Source: an uncultured Acidobacteriota bacterium
Lineage (GTDB): Bacteria > Actinomycetota > Acidimicrobiia > Spongiisociales > ZC4RG35
Assembly: GCA_963780755.1 (NCBI GenBank)
Contig: CAWACX010000001.1
Span: forward strand, 174,105-238,104
Reading direction: 5' to 3'
DNA length: 64,000 nt
Position numbers and translations under genes: made by a program
Part shown: positions 18,898 through 32,467 of the stretch, piece by piece
How the letters are laid out: each line of letters begins with the position of its first letter
Position numbering within the stretch: the stretch's first letter is position 1
Notes under the pieces: generated by a model
The model's database searches: none
What the model was told of the DNA's origin: nothing
Seen by the model: only the letters and a program-made list of their open reading frames with translations

Positions 18898-21550
18898 TCA
18901 GAACAGCTCGGTGTAATCGACTCGCTCGAAGATCTCCAGGCGACCTCCGGCGGTGGCATTGACGATGCGGCGACCGTCGGCCTCGAAGATGCTCTTGGCC
19001 AGGGCGTAATTGGCCAAGACCCTGTCTAGTTTCGGGTCCTTCCAAACCTTGCCCGCACCGAAGTAATCGGGGTGGAAATGATTCGGGTCGGGCCCGGTAG
19101 AGGTGATGACGATCACCTTCGACCTCGTGCTCGGGCGGCACCGTGTAGGAGAAATCCATCCCGATGAGGATCACCTCATCGAACCCCATTTGATAGGCGA
19201 TCTGGAGATTGATGATGGTCACAGATTGCCCGCTGTAGATCCGTTGCGCCGGGTCGAACGAGAACCTCGGGATGCAGTAGTCGGGGGACAACGGTTCATA
19301 GAAGCCACGATTCATCATGAAATAGGTGACGTCGTCGTGCTCGCCGACCATGCTCCTATAGATCGAGGGGAAGAACTTGTGCCCGGCCTGGTACGCCACC
19401 ACCGCCTCCAAGTTGTCCCTCATCACCGCTGTGTCTTCCACCACGTAATACGTGGGGTCGAATCCCATCGTCGATTCCGCGTAGAAGATGGCGTTGACAG
19501 CGATGGTGTTCTCGCCTTTGAGGCGAGTCAGATCGAGCTCGTTTAGCGAGGGCCCGTTCCCGATGATCACGACTCGCTCCCCACGATGGCCGTCCTTGAA
19601 CCGTGCCATGTCCACTGCGTCGAACGTGGTTCTGGGCGCCTCCTCGACGACCCAGGTGGACGCCGGGTCGAGGTCCCTTCCGTCCGGTCCGGGGCCGAGG
19701 CCGATCACAGATCGCCCGAGATTCGCCAGAGTCCCCCGCTGGTTCGACTCGAATCGGTTGCGATGCGCCTCCTCGATCGTCATCAATTCGGAGTACGGCT
19801 GCGGGACCACGATGACCTGGCCGCCTTTGGCGGCGAGGGCATTGGCGATCCCATCGACGACGGCAGTCCTCACCTCGCCGACCACGGCGGTTTGGCATTG
19901 GCCATTGGCGAGGGCCCATTGGTTCAGGGACCAGATGGCAAATGTATCTGGAACTTCCGCGGCGACACCTTGCGCACCCCCCTCGCGCTCGGTCAGTAGC
20001 ACCGCCATGTCAACACGCTCGAACCCCGCAGCGTCAGCGGCCTTGATCAGGTCCTGGAGTTGTCCGGCATGTTGAGGCACCAGCAGCACCTCGATCTCGA
20101 CCGATGGAGGGGGTGGGATCTGTTCCGGCTCGAAACCGGCGAGAGCGGCATAGATCAAGGCCTGCAATCGATCGCGAATCGGCCGTGAAAGAGTCGAGAT
20201 TGCGTCGAGCTCGCTAGCGCCGAGGGCCAGGGCACGCTGCATCCCGCGACCGGCCAGGTCTTCGAGGTCGAGGTGGCGCCTGAGGAGGGCCGGCGGCACC
20301 CCAGATATTGTTGCCAAAGCCCGGTTGGCGGCAACCTCGTCCCCGGCGACCAGGGCCATCGCGGCAAAACGGACCGCCCGATCGGCAACCAGCAGCGCCG
20401 CCTGGTATTCGGCTATGGGCCGGGTCAATGGGGTCGGAGACGGCGAAGTGAGGATGCCGGGCTCGACCGGCCGATGCGCCGCCTGGATCAGCCTTGACGC
20501 CTCGACGACGTGCCCATCGGCCATCGATCGGACCATCGAGTGTCGCTTCTGGCGATATACGGCAGTCCGGAACTTGGAGGGCACGAACACATAGCCGTTC
20601 CGCATTGCCCGATACCAGAGATCCCAGTCTTCTGCTCCAAATCGCATCGACTCGTCGAAGCCCCTGAGGGCCCTGAGCTTTTCGGTCACCAGCAGCGGGG
20701 CATGGGCATTGAACGGGCACTCGGCGTCGGCGGTCACCAGGTCGATCACCTGGTCCGCGTCGAACTCCATGCGGGCGGGGTAGTCCTCGAGGACGGCTTC
20801 CTCGTGGCCAATGGTCACGCCACAGAAGGAGCCGATCACATGGGGATCAGGCTCGGCGTTGACCAGGGTGGCAACGCGGTCCATGAGGCTGTCCCGCATC
20901 AAGAGGTCGTCGGAATCGAGGAAAGTGACATAACGCCCCCGTGCCGCTCTGAGCCCGGTGTTGCGGGACGCGCCCAGACCAGCGTTCTGCTGATGACGTA
21001 ACACCCGAAATCGATCATCCGTCGTGGCGATGGACCAGATCTCACGTAACGACGAGTCGGTGGAGGCGTCATCGACGACAATGCACTCCCAGCTCGCGAA
21101 TGTCTGTGCCGCGATCGACCGCAGGGTGCTGGCGACGAATTGCTCTTCGTTGTGGCAGGGGACAACCACGGTCACCCACGGCCCGTCGCCAGCGGCGGAC
21201 ATCTCACCATCCACCAGGCCCATATCCTCCAAACGGCGGATCGAGGTCTCCAACAGGTCGACGGCGCTCGTCATTCGAACCGCGATCCGGTCGTCGGCGT
21301 CACTCGGCCGTGCAGTGATCGAGGCGACCGGATGGCGCCTCACGTCATATTCGGCTCGTCTCAGTCGGGCGACCAGGTCGCTGAATCGAACGCTCAAGAT
21401 CAGAATCAGTGACCCAAAGCCGAGGATGGCGAGAACTCCAAGAATCGCGGACCACGGCGCGGGGGTGAACAAAGCGGCCACGCCGGCAGCCGTCGCCGAC
21501 ATGAGCAATATGCCCCTCCTCGACTTGAGCAACGCGGTGAGCGCTCTCAT
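18898..21550 (-). CDS. Multidomain transferase: N-terminal TM, GT2, linker, DUF115/GT42-like sialyltransferase-fold domain; frameshift at about 19120
   Basis: GT2 motifs (VVVPCHNE, VDDASTD, GLGASRN, FLDSDD), then VVIIGNGPSLNELDL, IAVNAIFY, YMGF-like QMGFDEVILIGMDFSY and, after the shift, NHFHPDYF...IVNATAGGRLEIFERVD*. Confidence 0.82.
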
Positions 21551-21577
21551 CCAGGCACACCGGGGAGTGAGGCGAAT

Positions 21578-22552
21578 ATGACAGCCCGTGACTGGGTCAT
21601 GGAGGCGCGAACCCTAGCCGGGGCCAAGGAGTCTCCAAGGGCACCTATCCTCGGTCGATTCGACGACCACCTCCCGTCTCACCCGGCGGTGTGTGTCGGG
21701 ACAAAGGAGTGCGGATTGGCCAAGACACCCGGAGAGGTGGGCAGGGACTTCGATGAGTATGCCCGTCGATGGCAATCTGCCGGCTACCGAATGGAGGAGT
21801 CCTGGGACGGCTCCGAGATGACCCGCTCCGACGCCGCAGTTCGCTTCCCGGGCGACGAATGGGGGGAGATCGCCGATCTGATCTCACTCTACGAGCTTTT
21901 GTTCGACCGTCTCCTCCCCGGCACCGAGACCATCGATGTCCTCGAGATCGGTGCCGGTGGCGGGCGATCGACCCAGGCCGTCCTCGAGGTCCTCGGGGAG
22001 AGAATCGGCGAATATCACGTCGTCGACGTGTCCGAAGTGTTCGTCTCCGTTCTAGAGGAGCGAATCGACCGGCCGATCGAGGTGCACGTGTTGGATGACG
22101 TCCGCCTCGACGAATTGCCGACCAACAAATTCCGGCTCTGCCTGGCGCAGTCTTCCTGGTCACACATCAGCCTGTATGACCAATACCTCTATCTCCGCGA
22201 CTTGCGGCGCGTGCTCGCCTATGACTGTCCCCTCGTGGTCAACGGGCAGTTCCTCCTCGGAGTAGCCAATGACTGGACCTGGGACCGATTTCGGCGCCGC
22301 GTGTACCAGCTCGAGCACGGCTTGGAGGGCGTCTTCCATGAATTCACAGGAGTCGGGATCCTTGTCGAGATGCTGCGTCGCCTGGAATGGAGCATCGAAG
22401 TCGTGCACGGATCGGGCTTCGTGGCTCGACGAGGTCAAGCGAACCCCGCGGCCTTCGTCCAGGACCTCGCAGGCCCAATCGGCTTTCCATATCTCCCCAC
22501 CCTCCACGAATACGCCGACGGCGCGGATACTCGCGAAGTCATCCTGCCCTAG
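21578..22552 (+). CDS. Class I SAM-dependent methyltransferase
   Basis: VLEIGAGGGRS, VVDVS, LAQSSWSHISL, YLRDLRRVL. Confidence 0.8.
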   Translation: MTARDWVMEARTLAGAKESPRAPILGRFDDHLPSHPAVCVGTKECGLAKTPGEVGRDFDEYARRWQSAGYRMEESWDGSEMTRSDAAVRFPGDEWGEIADLISLYELLFDRLLPGTETIDVLEIGAGGGRSTQAVLEVLGERIGEYHVVDVSEVFVSVLEERIDRPIEVHVLDDVRLDELPTNKFRLCLAQSSWSHISLYDQYLYLRDLRRVLAYDCPLVVNGQFLLGVANDWTWDRFRRRVYQLEHGLEGVFHEFTGVGILVEMLRRLEWSIEVVHGSGFVARRGQANPAAFVQDLAGPIGFPYLPTLHEYADGADTREVILP

Positions 22553-22570
22553 AGGCGCCTCCCCATGGGC

Positions 22571-24595
22571 TCAGTCGCCGAGATGGGAGAGGACTATCCC
22601 TTCCTGGGCCAGCCGGGCATCGATGATCGGTGCCAGGTGTCGGCTTGCAGTCCCTGTGAAGTGGCCGCCGTCGTACCGCATGACGATGTTGTCGATGGTC
22701 AGCGGGCACGAGGCGCCCGGGCACACCACGTCTTCGAGTGAGATAGACGCCACTGCCTCCAGGTCGGCCGCGATGCTGTCGAAGATCGCGTTGTACGGCA
22801 TCTCGCCACTTTCCGGCGTCACGGGCCGAGCGCATGCCTCCGAAGTCGCGCTTCCCGTCTTCAGGCAGTCGACCGTCTTACCTGGTGGCAGCACGCTCAG
22901 GAATGCCAATTGAGCGCCATCCGCGGTGAGCAGTTCCACTGTCTCTCGTAGGGCGGTCTCGGTCGCATGGAGATGCTCCGGTGTCCCCTTGAGCAGCAGT
23001 TGACCATTTTCGACGTGCTGATTTGTTTCGTTCCACGACGTCGCGATCACGAGGTTCGGGTCGTACTCGTCGAGCACCTTCTGATAGATCCCGGGCATCT
23101 CCTCGTAGCACATGAAATTGGATGGCTTGTGCAACTCGCCGTCCAGGCCGGTGGCAATTAGCCGGTGACTGATCGGGCACCCACCAACCGCGGCCTGCAC
23201 GTAGCGGAACCCGTAGATAGCTGCCAGCTCCTTCAATGCCGGGTCGTAGGCCTGGGCGGTGGAATCTCCGATGAGCACCACGGTCGGTGAGTCCGAAGTG
23301 AGGCCCTCGACCTTGACGCATGGCTGTGGATTGTCCGGGCAGGCCTCGTAGGAAGGGTCGGCGAGCGCGGCAGCAGCGAGGTTGGTCTCGTCGGGCGTGA
23401 GAACGGCGTACGAGATGACCCCGGCGGCCATGAGGGTTGCGATTCCGATGCAGATTGTTCCCATGGGCTTGAGCTTCCCGACCCAGATCTGGCGTTCCCG
23501 GATCGGGTTCTCCACAATCCAGAAGCTCGCTATCGCGACGGCCAATGTCAGGCCGAACTGGGCCAGGTTGACCACCCGTCGTTCCCAGAACCCTACTCCC
23601 ACGGGGACTGCAAGCCAGAGGATGATCGGCCAGTGCCAGAGGTAGAAGCCGTAGGAGATCCTGCCCAACTGGCGCAGCGGGTTCCAGCCGAGGCCGGTCG
23701 ACAGCGAACTCGCAGGGCGACTCTCTAGAGCAAGGATCAGGACCGCGGTGAGCAGGGCGACAACGAGACTCCCGCCCTTGTAATAGCCGGTGGAGTCTCC
23801 ATTGAAGAGCAAGGCTGCCGCGAACAAGGAGAGGACCGCCATGCCACCGACAATCGTGATCGCCGGACCCTCTCGGTCACGGATCCGCTTCACGATCGGG
23901 GTTCCGATGGCGAAAGCGAGCAGGGCCCCGATCAGTGGCTGATGCACCCTGGTGCCAGTCCCGTAGTAGGCGCGAACGATGAACTCAGGGGTGTAGAGCA
24001 GGGCCATCGCCATGGCCGAGGCGAGGGCCATCGCCAGAACGACCATCATTGACCAGCCCTTCCGCCACCGCCCGATGGCGATCACCGGTATCAGCAGCAA
24101 CGGCCACAGCACATAGAACTGCTCCTCGATGCTCAGCGACCAGGCGTGTCTGAGGGGTGAGCGCTTGTCCCTTCCGCGAAGTACTGGTCGGCCTGCGAGA
24201 TCAGGTTCCAGTTCTCGACATAGAACAGGGTTGCGATGGCGTCGCGGAGACGGCTTCCCATCTCCAGGATGTCTCCATAGATGGCCTCGCGGGCCACGAC
24301 TACGAGCACGAGAACGATTACCGCGGGCATCAAACGCCTCATGCGGCGGGCGTAGAAGCCTGGTAAATCGATGCGCCCGGTCTTTTCCTTCTGCACGAGC
24401 AGGATCCGGGTGATCAGATATCCGGAAAGCACGAAGAAGATGTCGACTCCGATGAACCCGCCGGGAAGCCCGGGGCGCAGCGGCGTGGAAGACGAAGACG
24501 AGGAGCACCGCTATTCCCCGGAGACCGTCCAGATACGGGCGGTAGTCGAGGGAGCGATCTCTCATCTCGCGGGTGGTCTCGGTTCGAGTTGCCAT
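22571..24595 (-). CDS. Acyltransferase 3 plus SGNH domain (OafA/OatA-like O-acyltransferase), frameshifted at about 24150-24480
   Basis: [38 protein letters not shown], then GDSTA and DGGH. Confidence 0.9.
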   Translation of the reverse strand: MATRTETTREMRDRSLDYRPYLDGLRGIAVLLVFVFHAAAPRASRRVHRSRHLLRAFRISDHPDPARAEGKDRAHRFTRLLRPPHEAFDARGNRSRARSRGPRGHLWRHPGDGKPSPRRHRNPVLCRELEPDLAGRPVLRGRDKRSPLRHAWSLSIEEQFYVLWPLLLIPVIAIGRWRKGWSMMVVLAMALASAMAMALLYTPEFIVRAYYGTGTRVHQPLIGALLAFAIGTPIVKRIRDREGPAITIVGGMAVLSLFAAALLFNGDSTGYYKGGSLVVALLTAVLILALESRPASSLSTGLGWNPLRQLGRISYGFYLWHWPIILWLAVPVGVGFWERRVVNLAQFGLTLAVAIASFWIVENPIRERQIWVGKLKPMGTICIGIATLMAAGVISYAVLTPDETNLAAAALADPSYEACPDNPQPCVKVEGLTSDSPTVVLIGDSTAQAYDPALKELAAIYGFRYVQAAVGGCPISHRLIATGLDGELHKPSNFMCYEEMPGIYQKVLDEYDPNLVIATSWNETNQHVENGQLLLKGTPEHLHATETALRETVELLTADGAQLAFLSVLPPGKTVDCLKTGSATSEACARPVTPESGEMPYNAIFDSIAADLEAVASISLEDVVCPGASCPLTIDNIVMRYDGGHFTGTASRHLAPIIDARLAQEGIVLSHLGD

Positions 24596-24693
24596 GGGCG
24601 TGGTTGGGCTCGGGTGAGGCGCGGATCAGTGGATTCGACGGGATGAATCTATCGACAGGGCGCCGATATCGGCTATCAGCTCGCGAGGCGTGC

Positions 24694-25549
24694 TCAGCGC
24701 AAGGCCAGCAGCACGGACTTCTCCCCGGTGTCGTACATTCGATAGGGAGCTTCGGTGGCGGGTGGGATCGAGATGACCCGCTCGAATCCGGCGCTGAGCA
24801 GCATCTCCACGAGGGCCTTTCGGTCCGGCCGCATCTCGGTGAAATGGCGGACGTTGCCGGCTCTCAGCGTGACCTGGTCACGGTGGAGGTACAACACGCC
24901 GTTGCCCCGAAAACGCTGGTTCTCGGGGAATACCGGTGTGTCGGATTCGATCAACGCTGCGATCTCCGTGATTTCGAGCAGATTCCTGAGGAAGAGCATC
25001 GGGTTCTCCAGGTGATAGATGATCCCCAGCGCCAGTGAGACGTCATAGGTGCGACCGATCGAGGCCGACCAGGCCACGTTCTCCAGGTCGATCAAAGCGA
25101 CTCGACCCGGGTTGATTTCTTTGACATGCCGGACTTGCCAGATTCGCCGCAGGTTGCCCTCGTTGAGATCGACGGCATCGATGTCTCGGGCTCCGTGCTC
25201 GTATAGGTGATTCGTGACATAGCCTTCGGCGGCCGCGATGTCGATGTAGCTGCAAGTCGCCCAATCGAGACCGGCGATGGACATTGCCATGTCCACCTGC
25301 TCCAGCATTGCGTCTACGCGATTCGAATAGGCCTCATAGAGGTCTGACGAGGTCTTCAGCGCCTCGATGTCATGGTGATGGCGCCGAGCGCGGCTCCTCG
25401 AGCATCTCGGCGAGGAGTTCTGCGGGGTCCGAGTCCTGGAACGGGTTGTCGATGCGCCAGTCGAGTGGCGCTGCTTGGCCGACGAACTCATCCAGCGGCC
25501 GCGATGTGTACTTGTCTCCGAACACGTTCTCGCGGGTCCAGGTGGCCAT
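24694..25549 (-). CDS. Class I SAM methyltransferase (DUF1698-like), frameshifted near the 5' end
   Basis: YIDIAAAEGY, AVDLNE, YDVSLALGIIYHLENPMLFLRNL, LIES. Confidence 0.75.
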
Positions 25550-25582
25550 TAGCGGAACCTACTGCCCTCTCTAGCGGGTGGG

Positions 25583-26428
25583 TCAACCGATCAGGTCTGC
25601 CACGACTTTGGTGAGCGAATCTTCCCAAGGGGGCAACTCCTCGATGTCGAGGTGAGCGAGCCGTTCCGAGCCGAGCACCGTGTATCTCGGCCTTTCCGCA
25701 TCACCTGGATTGCGTGTCGACGGACAGGGGCGGAGCGGGGATGGGTCGAGTCCGGCAGCCTCGAACGCGTGGGTGGCCAGGCGGTATCTTGTCGTCGACC
25801 CCCGATTGGCGAGGTGCAGGACCCCGGTCGCCCCACTCCGTATCGCCTCCACGCTCGCTGCGGCCAGGTCAGCAGCGATCGTGGGACTTCCCTGCTGGTC
25901 GTCCACTACATCCACCCTGGGCTCGCCCGCCTTCGCCAGGATTCTGGATACGAAGTTGCGGTGAGACGCCGAGATCACCCATGAAGTGCGGATTACCAGC
26001 GTGCGAGCGTTCGCGTCCAGAGCAAGGCGTTCGCCGTGAAGCTTGCTCCGTCCATATGCGTTGATCGGAGCCGGAACTGCCGACTCGAGATATGGGACGG
26101 TTGCCGTCCCGTCGAAGACATAGTCGGTGGAATAAGTGACAAACGGGAGGTCGGCTTCAGCCGCTGCCGCGGCCAGGGCCCCCACCGCCCAGCCGTTGAC
26201 TGACTCGGCGCTCTCAGTCTCACTCTCGGCGCGGTCGACGGCGGTATAGGCGGCGCAATTGATGACGACGTCCGCCCCACTGTGACGGATCAGCTCCCGT
26301 GCCGACCCCGCATCGATCCGGGCGAGGTCGAACTGCTCGTGGGTCGGGGCGGTCAGTTCATCGAAATGTCGTGCCAGGGCGCTCCCCACTTGGCCGCTGC
26401 CACCGAGGAGCAACACCGACGGCCTCAT
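25583..26428 (-). CDS. rmlD: dTDP-4-dehydrorhamnose reductase
   Basis: [46 protein letters not shown]. Confidence 0.93.
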   Translation of the reverse strand: MRPSVLLLGGSGQVGSALARHFDELTAPTHEQFDLARIDAGSARELIRHSGADVVINCAAYTAVDRAESETESAESVNGWAVGALAAAAAEADLPFVTYSTDYVFDGTATVPYLESAVPAPINAYGRSKLHGERLALDANARTLVIRTSWVISASHRNFVSRILAKAGEPRVDVVDDQQGSPTIAADLAAASVEAIRSGATGVLHLANRGSTTRYRLATHAFEAAGLDPSPLRPCPSTRNPGDAERPRYTVLGSERLAHLDIEELPPWEDSLTKVVADLIG

Positions 26429-27282
26429 CGGCCTTCGAGCAGCCGTTCAAGGTAATGGCGGTACGAGGATCGGGGAGCGCCTCCACGATGGCGGTGAGCC
26501 GTCCACATTGAGGAACCCGGAGCGCAACGCAACTTCCTCGAGGCAGGCGATCTTGATGGACTGGCGGTGCTCCACCGTGGCCACGAAGTTGGCGGCATCG
26601 AGCAAGCTGTCATGGGTCCCGCTGTCCAGCCAAGCGACCCCACGGTCCGAGACAGATTCACGTGAAGCCGGCCCCGCTCGAGGTAGGCGCGGTTCAGGTC
26701 GGTGATCTCCTTCTCTCCGCGGGAAGACGGTCTAAGCCCCGCGGCAATCTCGACCACGGCGGAGTCGTAGACGTAGAGGCCCGGGACCGCATACCGGGAC
26801 CGGGGCCGGGATGGCTTCTCCTCGAGACCTACGACCAGACCGGCGCCGTCGACCTCGACGACTCCGTATCGCTGCGGATCACGGACCGGATAGCCGAAGA
26901 TCTCGGCTCCTCTCTCATGTGCCTCGACGATTCGGTCGAGCCCGATGTCGCCGTAGAAGATGTTGTCGCCGAGGATCAGAGTGACCGGCGTCTCGCCGAT
27001 GAAGCTTCGGCGATGAGGAAGGCCTCGGCGATGCCGCGGGGCTCGTGCTGACGCGCATATGCCAGCTCGATCCCGAACGCGCTCACCCTGCCCAGGAGGT
27101 CCTGGAATGCGGCAGGTCGTTCGGGGTGGTGATGATGAGGATCTCGCGGATCCCGGCATCCATCAGAGTGGCGAGCGGGTAGTAGATCATCGGCTTGTCG
27201 TAGACCGGCTGCAGCTGCTTGGAGGCGACCCGGGTGATCGGGTCGAGCCGGGTGCCGGCGCCGCCGGCAAGGACGATGCCCT

Positions 27283-27286
<4 letters not shown>
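26425..27286 (-). CDS. rmlA: Glucose-1-phosphate thymidylyltransferase, multiple frameshifts
   Basis: [58 protein letters not shown]. Confidence 0.92.
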
Positions 27287-28280
<994 letters not shown>

Positions 28281-28827
28281 CTAGTGCGAAGAACTCGGCG
28301 TGCCGCAGATGGCGGCGCGCCGGCGTCCTTTGCAGAGAGGAGGGGCTCGCCTGTCGAGGGGCCAGGTGATGGCGAGGTCCGGGTCGTCCCAGCGCAGGGC
28401 GCGCTCGGATGCGGCGAGTAGCAGCCGGTGACCTTGTAGTGGACCTCGGCCCAGTCGGAGGTCGTGAGGAAGCCATGGGCGAAGCCGGGCGGGACCCAGA
28501 TCTGGCGCCGGTTGTCAGCCGACAGCTCGGTTCCGAACCATTGCCCGAATGTGGGAGAGGACTTTCGCAGGTCGACGGCGACGTCGAAGACAGGCCGGGC
28601 GGACTCGCACCAGCTTCCCTTGGGCGTCAGGTGGGAGCTGGTAATGGAGGCCGCGCAGCACACCGCGCTTCGATCCGGAGTGGCCGTCCTGGACGAATTC
28701 GACGTCGACTCCGGTGACCGCCTGAACTCTCCCGACTCCAGCTCTCGAAGAAGAATCCCCTGTCGTCTTGGTGGGCCGGTGGTTCGAGCACGAGAACGCC
28801 ATCGAGCGACGTGGCGAGGGCATCCAT
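28281..28827 (-). CDS. rmlC: dTDP-4-dehydrorhamnose 3,5-epimerase, frameshifted
   Basis: DDRGFFFESW, FVQD, VLRGLHYQ, QGKLVR, VDLRKSSPTFGQW, WVPPGFAHGF. Confidence 0.9.
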
Positions 28828-28934
28828 GGCGGCGGAGGGTACTGCCGGAGCCTGGCGCGGGCAGTGGCGACCTGCGGTGACTCGGCGGATGGCATCGGCC
28901 GCTCGCGGGTTACTGTCTCCTCGACAGTGAGCGG

Positions 28935-30173
28935 ATGACGTGCGCGCGCAGCCGGATCAGGGTGGCGGTGCTCGGGGCCGGGTTGCAGGGAAGCTGTGTG
29001 GCCGATGGATTTGGCCGCCGGCGGTGCATCACGTCGATCTCTACGACCGCAATCCCGACTGCGATGATGGGGGCATCGCTGCACAACGAGGGCAAGGTCC
29101 ACCTCGGTTATGTGTATGCCAACGATCGGACCTTGCGCACCGCGGAGACGATGGTGGAAGGGGCAGCCGACCTTCGGCCCGCTCCTCGAGCGATGGCTGG
29201 AGATCCCGATGTCGCAGCTCCCGATCTCGACCGCTTTCAACTATGCGGTGCACCGTGACAGCCTGCTCTCGGTCGACGAATTCGAGATCCACCTGAAGCG
29301 GACCCATGACGTCGGCGTCGGTCGGATCAGGGGCGGCGAGTATTTCGGGGTCGACCTGGACGCGCGCGCCTGAGAGGCTCTCCCCGCTCGAGCTCGAAGC
29401 CGACTATGACCCGGCGGTCGTCGAGGCGGTATTTCGCACCGACGAGGTCGGGATCGACCCGACGGGCCTCGCCGAATTGGTGCGGGCCCGGGTCAGCGGA
29501 TCCCGGATCATACCCCGATTCGACACCGAGGTGCTGGGGGTGCGGAGTGACGGCGAGAGGTTGGCGGTAGAGAGCACGAGCCAAGGGGAGTCGGCGACGG
29601 TCGACTACGACCACGTGGTCAACGCCCTGTGGGGCGGCCGGCTGGCCGTCGACGCCACGATGGGGATCACCCCGGAGCGGCCATGGCTGTTTCGGGTGAA
29701 GCACTACCTGCGTGGTCGAGTTCACCGGGGCCTCATTTCCCGTCGACGACGATCGTTCTCGGCCCGTTCGGCGACATCCTGGACTATGGCAACGGGACGT
29801 TCTACCTGTCCTGGTATCCGAGCGGGCTTCAGGGGTCCTCGTCAGAGATCGAGGTCCCGGAATGGCTCTTGGACCCTGCCACCGGCCGCCGAGGGCCAGA
29901 TCCAGAAAGGGATAATCTCGTGGCCTGTCCACGATCGTCCCGAGACTTGGCGACCTGTTCGGCTGGAGCGCTGAGCAAGGCTGAGCTGCAGGGAGGGCTG
30001 ATCTTCGCCTGGGGAGCAACCGACATCGACGACCCGGCGAGCGAGCTCCACGACCGTCATGCGATCGGGCCCAAGTCGGTTGGTCGATATCACACCATCG
30101 ACACCGGAAAGCTGACGACCGCTCCTCTTTACGCGCGGATGGTGGGGGAGCAGGATCCGGCGCCGTTCGATGA
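28935..30173 (+). CDS. FAD-dependent oxidoreductase (DAO/LhgO-like), heavily frameshifted
   Basis: VAVLGAGLQG, GASLHNEGKVHLGYVYA, DHVVNALW, DTGKLTTAP, read across frames. Confidence 0.72.
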
Positions 30174-31186
30174 CGCCTCTGGTGACGATCGGCGTCCCTG
30201 TGTACCGGGGAGAGGAGCATCTCGACCGAGGCCGTCGAGTCGATACAGGCCCAGACCATGGACGATTGGCAGGTTGTCTGTCTCCATCGACGGGCCGGAT
30301 CCGGCCTGTGAGCGCATGTGCGGCGGCTTCCTCGACGACCCGCGATTCGAGGTCTCCATTCGACCTCGACGGCTGGGATGGGCGCGCAACATCGAATGGC
30401 TTCAGCAGCAGGCCGACGGCGAGTTCTGGTACTACCACCAGCAGGACGATCTGGTCGATCCCACTTATCTCGAGTGTACTGATCGAGACCGCGACGAGGC
30501 ACGCCCGAAGCAGCGGTGGTCTTCGCCGACATCGACACTTTGGCACCCGTGAATACCATTTCACCCAGCCATCTGTCGTCGGTGGCCCGGTCGCCCGTCA
30601 GTTGGCCCTCCTCGACGACCACTTTGCGGGTGTGGCTTTCCGCGGCCTGACACAGGGTGGCGGCCTTGCGGGACACCGGTGGCGGGATCATTCCCAACGA
30701 TCGCGACGATTTCGCGGTCGACATGGTGTGGATGGCGGTGATGGCCACTTGGGGAGATCTGATCCGGGTGCCCGAGGTCCTCTATCGAAAGCGATACCAC
30801 GAGCAGTAACTCCCATGGCGACTGGTTGAGCTGGGACCGACCGAGGCGTCGTTCAGCTGGGTTGCACACTGTCACGACATGCTGGATGTCGCGATGCGAG
30901 GTCCCGGCCGAGCGAGCGTAACGATGGGAGCTGTGGCAGGCGACGCGTGATCAGCCTGACGGCCTCCAAGCCACTGCGTATCTCCCCTGGGTCCAGAGCT
31001 GACCGATGCAGGAGCGCACGGGAATGGTCGACGGCCTTCTGCAACGTGATCAACCGTTTGGGGCGGGTCGACCTTGCCCGCCTTCTCGGGAGCAGCCTGG
31101 AGGAGGTCCGGAGCATGTCGTTGGATCTCGCCCGGGCACGGCCTGACCGGCTCACAGACGGTCATAGCTCTACCAGTTGGGGGTGA
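30170..31186 (+). CDS. GT2 glycosyltransferase, heavily frameshifted
   Basis: MTPLVTIGVPVYRGEEHL, SIDG, RLGWARN, HQQDD. Confidence 0.68.
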
Positions 31187-32377
31187 GGAAGCGCCCACCC
31201 CGGTCCCGGAACTCCTTCTCGGGCCATGATCTCCTCTGCATGGTTCCATGCGAGCAACAGCAGCACGTCGGGGTCCTCATCGCCAGCGCCGAGGGAGGGC
31301 GGATCAGCTGATGGGTCCCCGGGATGTGGAGGCCCTTGCTTGGCCGGGGTGGAGTCGAGTACCACAGGCAACATGCTGGTGTCGATGTCGGAGTAGTTGA
31401 GACGACGTTCCCTTGGCTGGGGCCCCATAGCCGACCACTTTCGTCCCCGAAGCTCGGAGCTCGGAGAGACGAGATTGGAGGGCGGCGCCTAGCTCGACCA
31501 CTCGAGACGAGACAGGGACGCGACCGCTCGGTCTCCGAGCCTGGAAGTCAGCTCCCTGCAGATCTCCTCCTCGACCTGTGCTGAATGCCCTCGCCATGGA
31601 CCACAGTGCCCCGGATGCTGCCGCCATGAACCGGGACGAACTGGATCCGTTCGAGGCGCATGCCATGCCGATCGAAGAGGTGTGCCAGCGGGCGAATCGC
31701 GAAGTAGGAGAGATGCTCGTGATAGATGGTGTCGTACTCCGACTTCATCAGCAATTCGCCCAGGTACGGCACCTCGAAAACAAAGGCCCCGTGGTCTGCG
31801 AGTAGGGCCCGGATGCCGCGACAGACTTCATCGAGGTCGTCGATGTGCCCGAGAACGTTGCAGCCGACGATCAGGTCGGCCTTACCCCGACTCGGACGAT
31901 CTGCGAGCCACAACCTCGGTGAAGAACTCGGCGATGGTCGGGACTCCTCGGGCCGCCGCCATCACCGAGACGTTTCGCGCAGGGTCGACCCCCAGAATCG
32001 CAGGCCACGGCCCTGCAAGGCGGCGAGAGCAGTGCCGTCGTTGGAGCCGATTTCGACTACCAGGCCATTGGGCCTGGCGAACTCGTCGGCATTCTCCACG
32101 ATCAACCTCGCGAAATGATCGCGGCATGCTCGTCGAACTCGATGTGAAGAACAGATACGAGCGGAACAGAGGACTCGGGAGGCACGACATGGCCCAGCTG
32201 GGCGAGACCGCAGATCTCGCAAAGGCGCAGCGAGAGTGGATATCGGGGTTCTGGGTCGTGGAGGTCGTCCTGGCTCAGGTAGGCGTTGGCAGGCGGGAGG
32301 TCACCGAGAGAGAGGATCTCCCCGGAGGTGCGTCGAGCCGCACACCCGGCACGTTGAGCGCTCCCATGAGTCGACAT
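31162..32377 (-). CDS. NDP-sugar C-methyltransferase-like protein, heavily frameshifted
   Basis: Zn motif TCRVCGS...LRLCEICGLAQL, LGDLPPANA, VEIGSNDG, NVLGH, FEVPY, YHEHLSYF, HGGS, GYGAPAKG, LLLAWN. Confidence 0.85.
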
Positions 32378-32467
32378 CTGCTTGTCCCGGGACGAGTCTC
32401 GGATAGTCCCTCCGGACCCAGTCGGCCAGGGCACGAGCTGGCGACTGGCCGGGGTCGCTGACGATGC

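Noticed and set aside
18488-21550. Apparent 1020-aa GT2-DUF115-methyltransferase fusion
   Set aside because: A shift at about 19120 bypasses the natural stop at 18898-18900 (ERVDYTELF*). The methyltransferase is a separate downstream gene.
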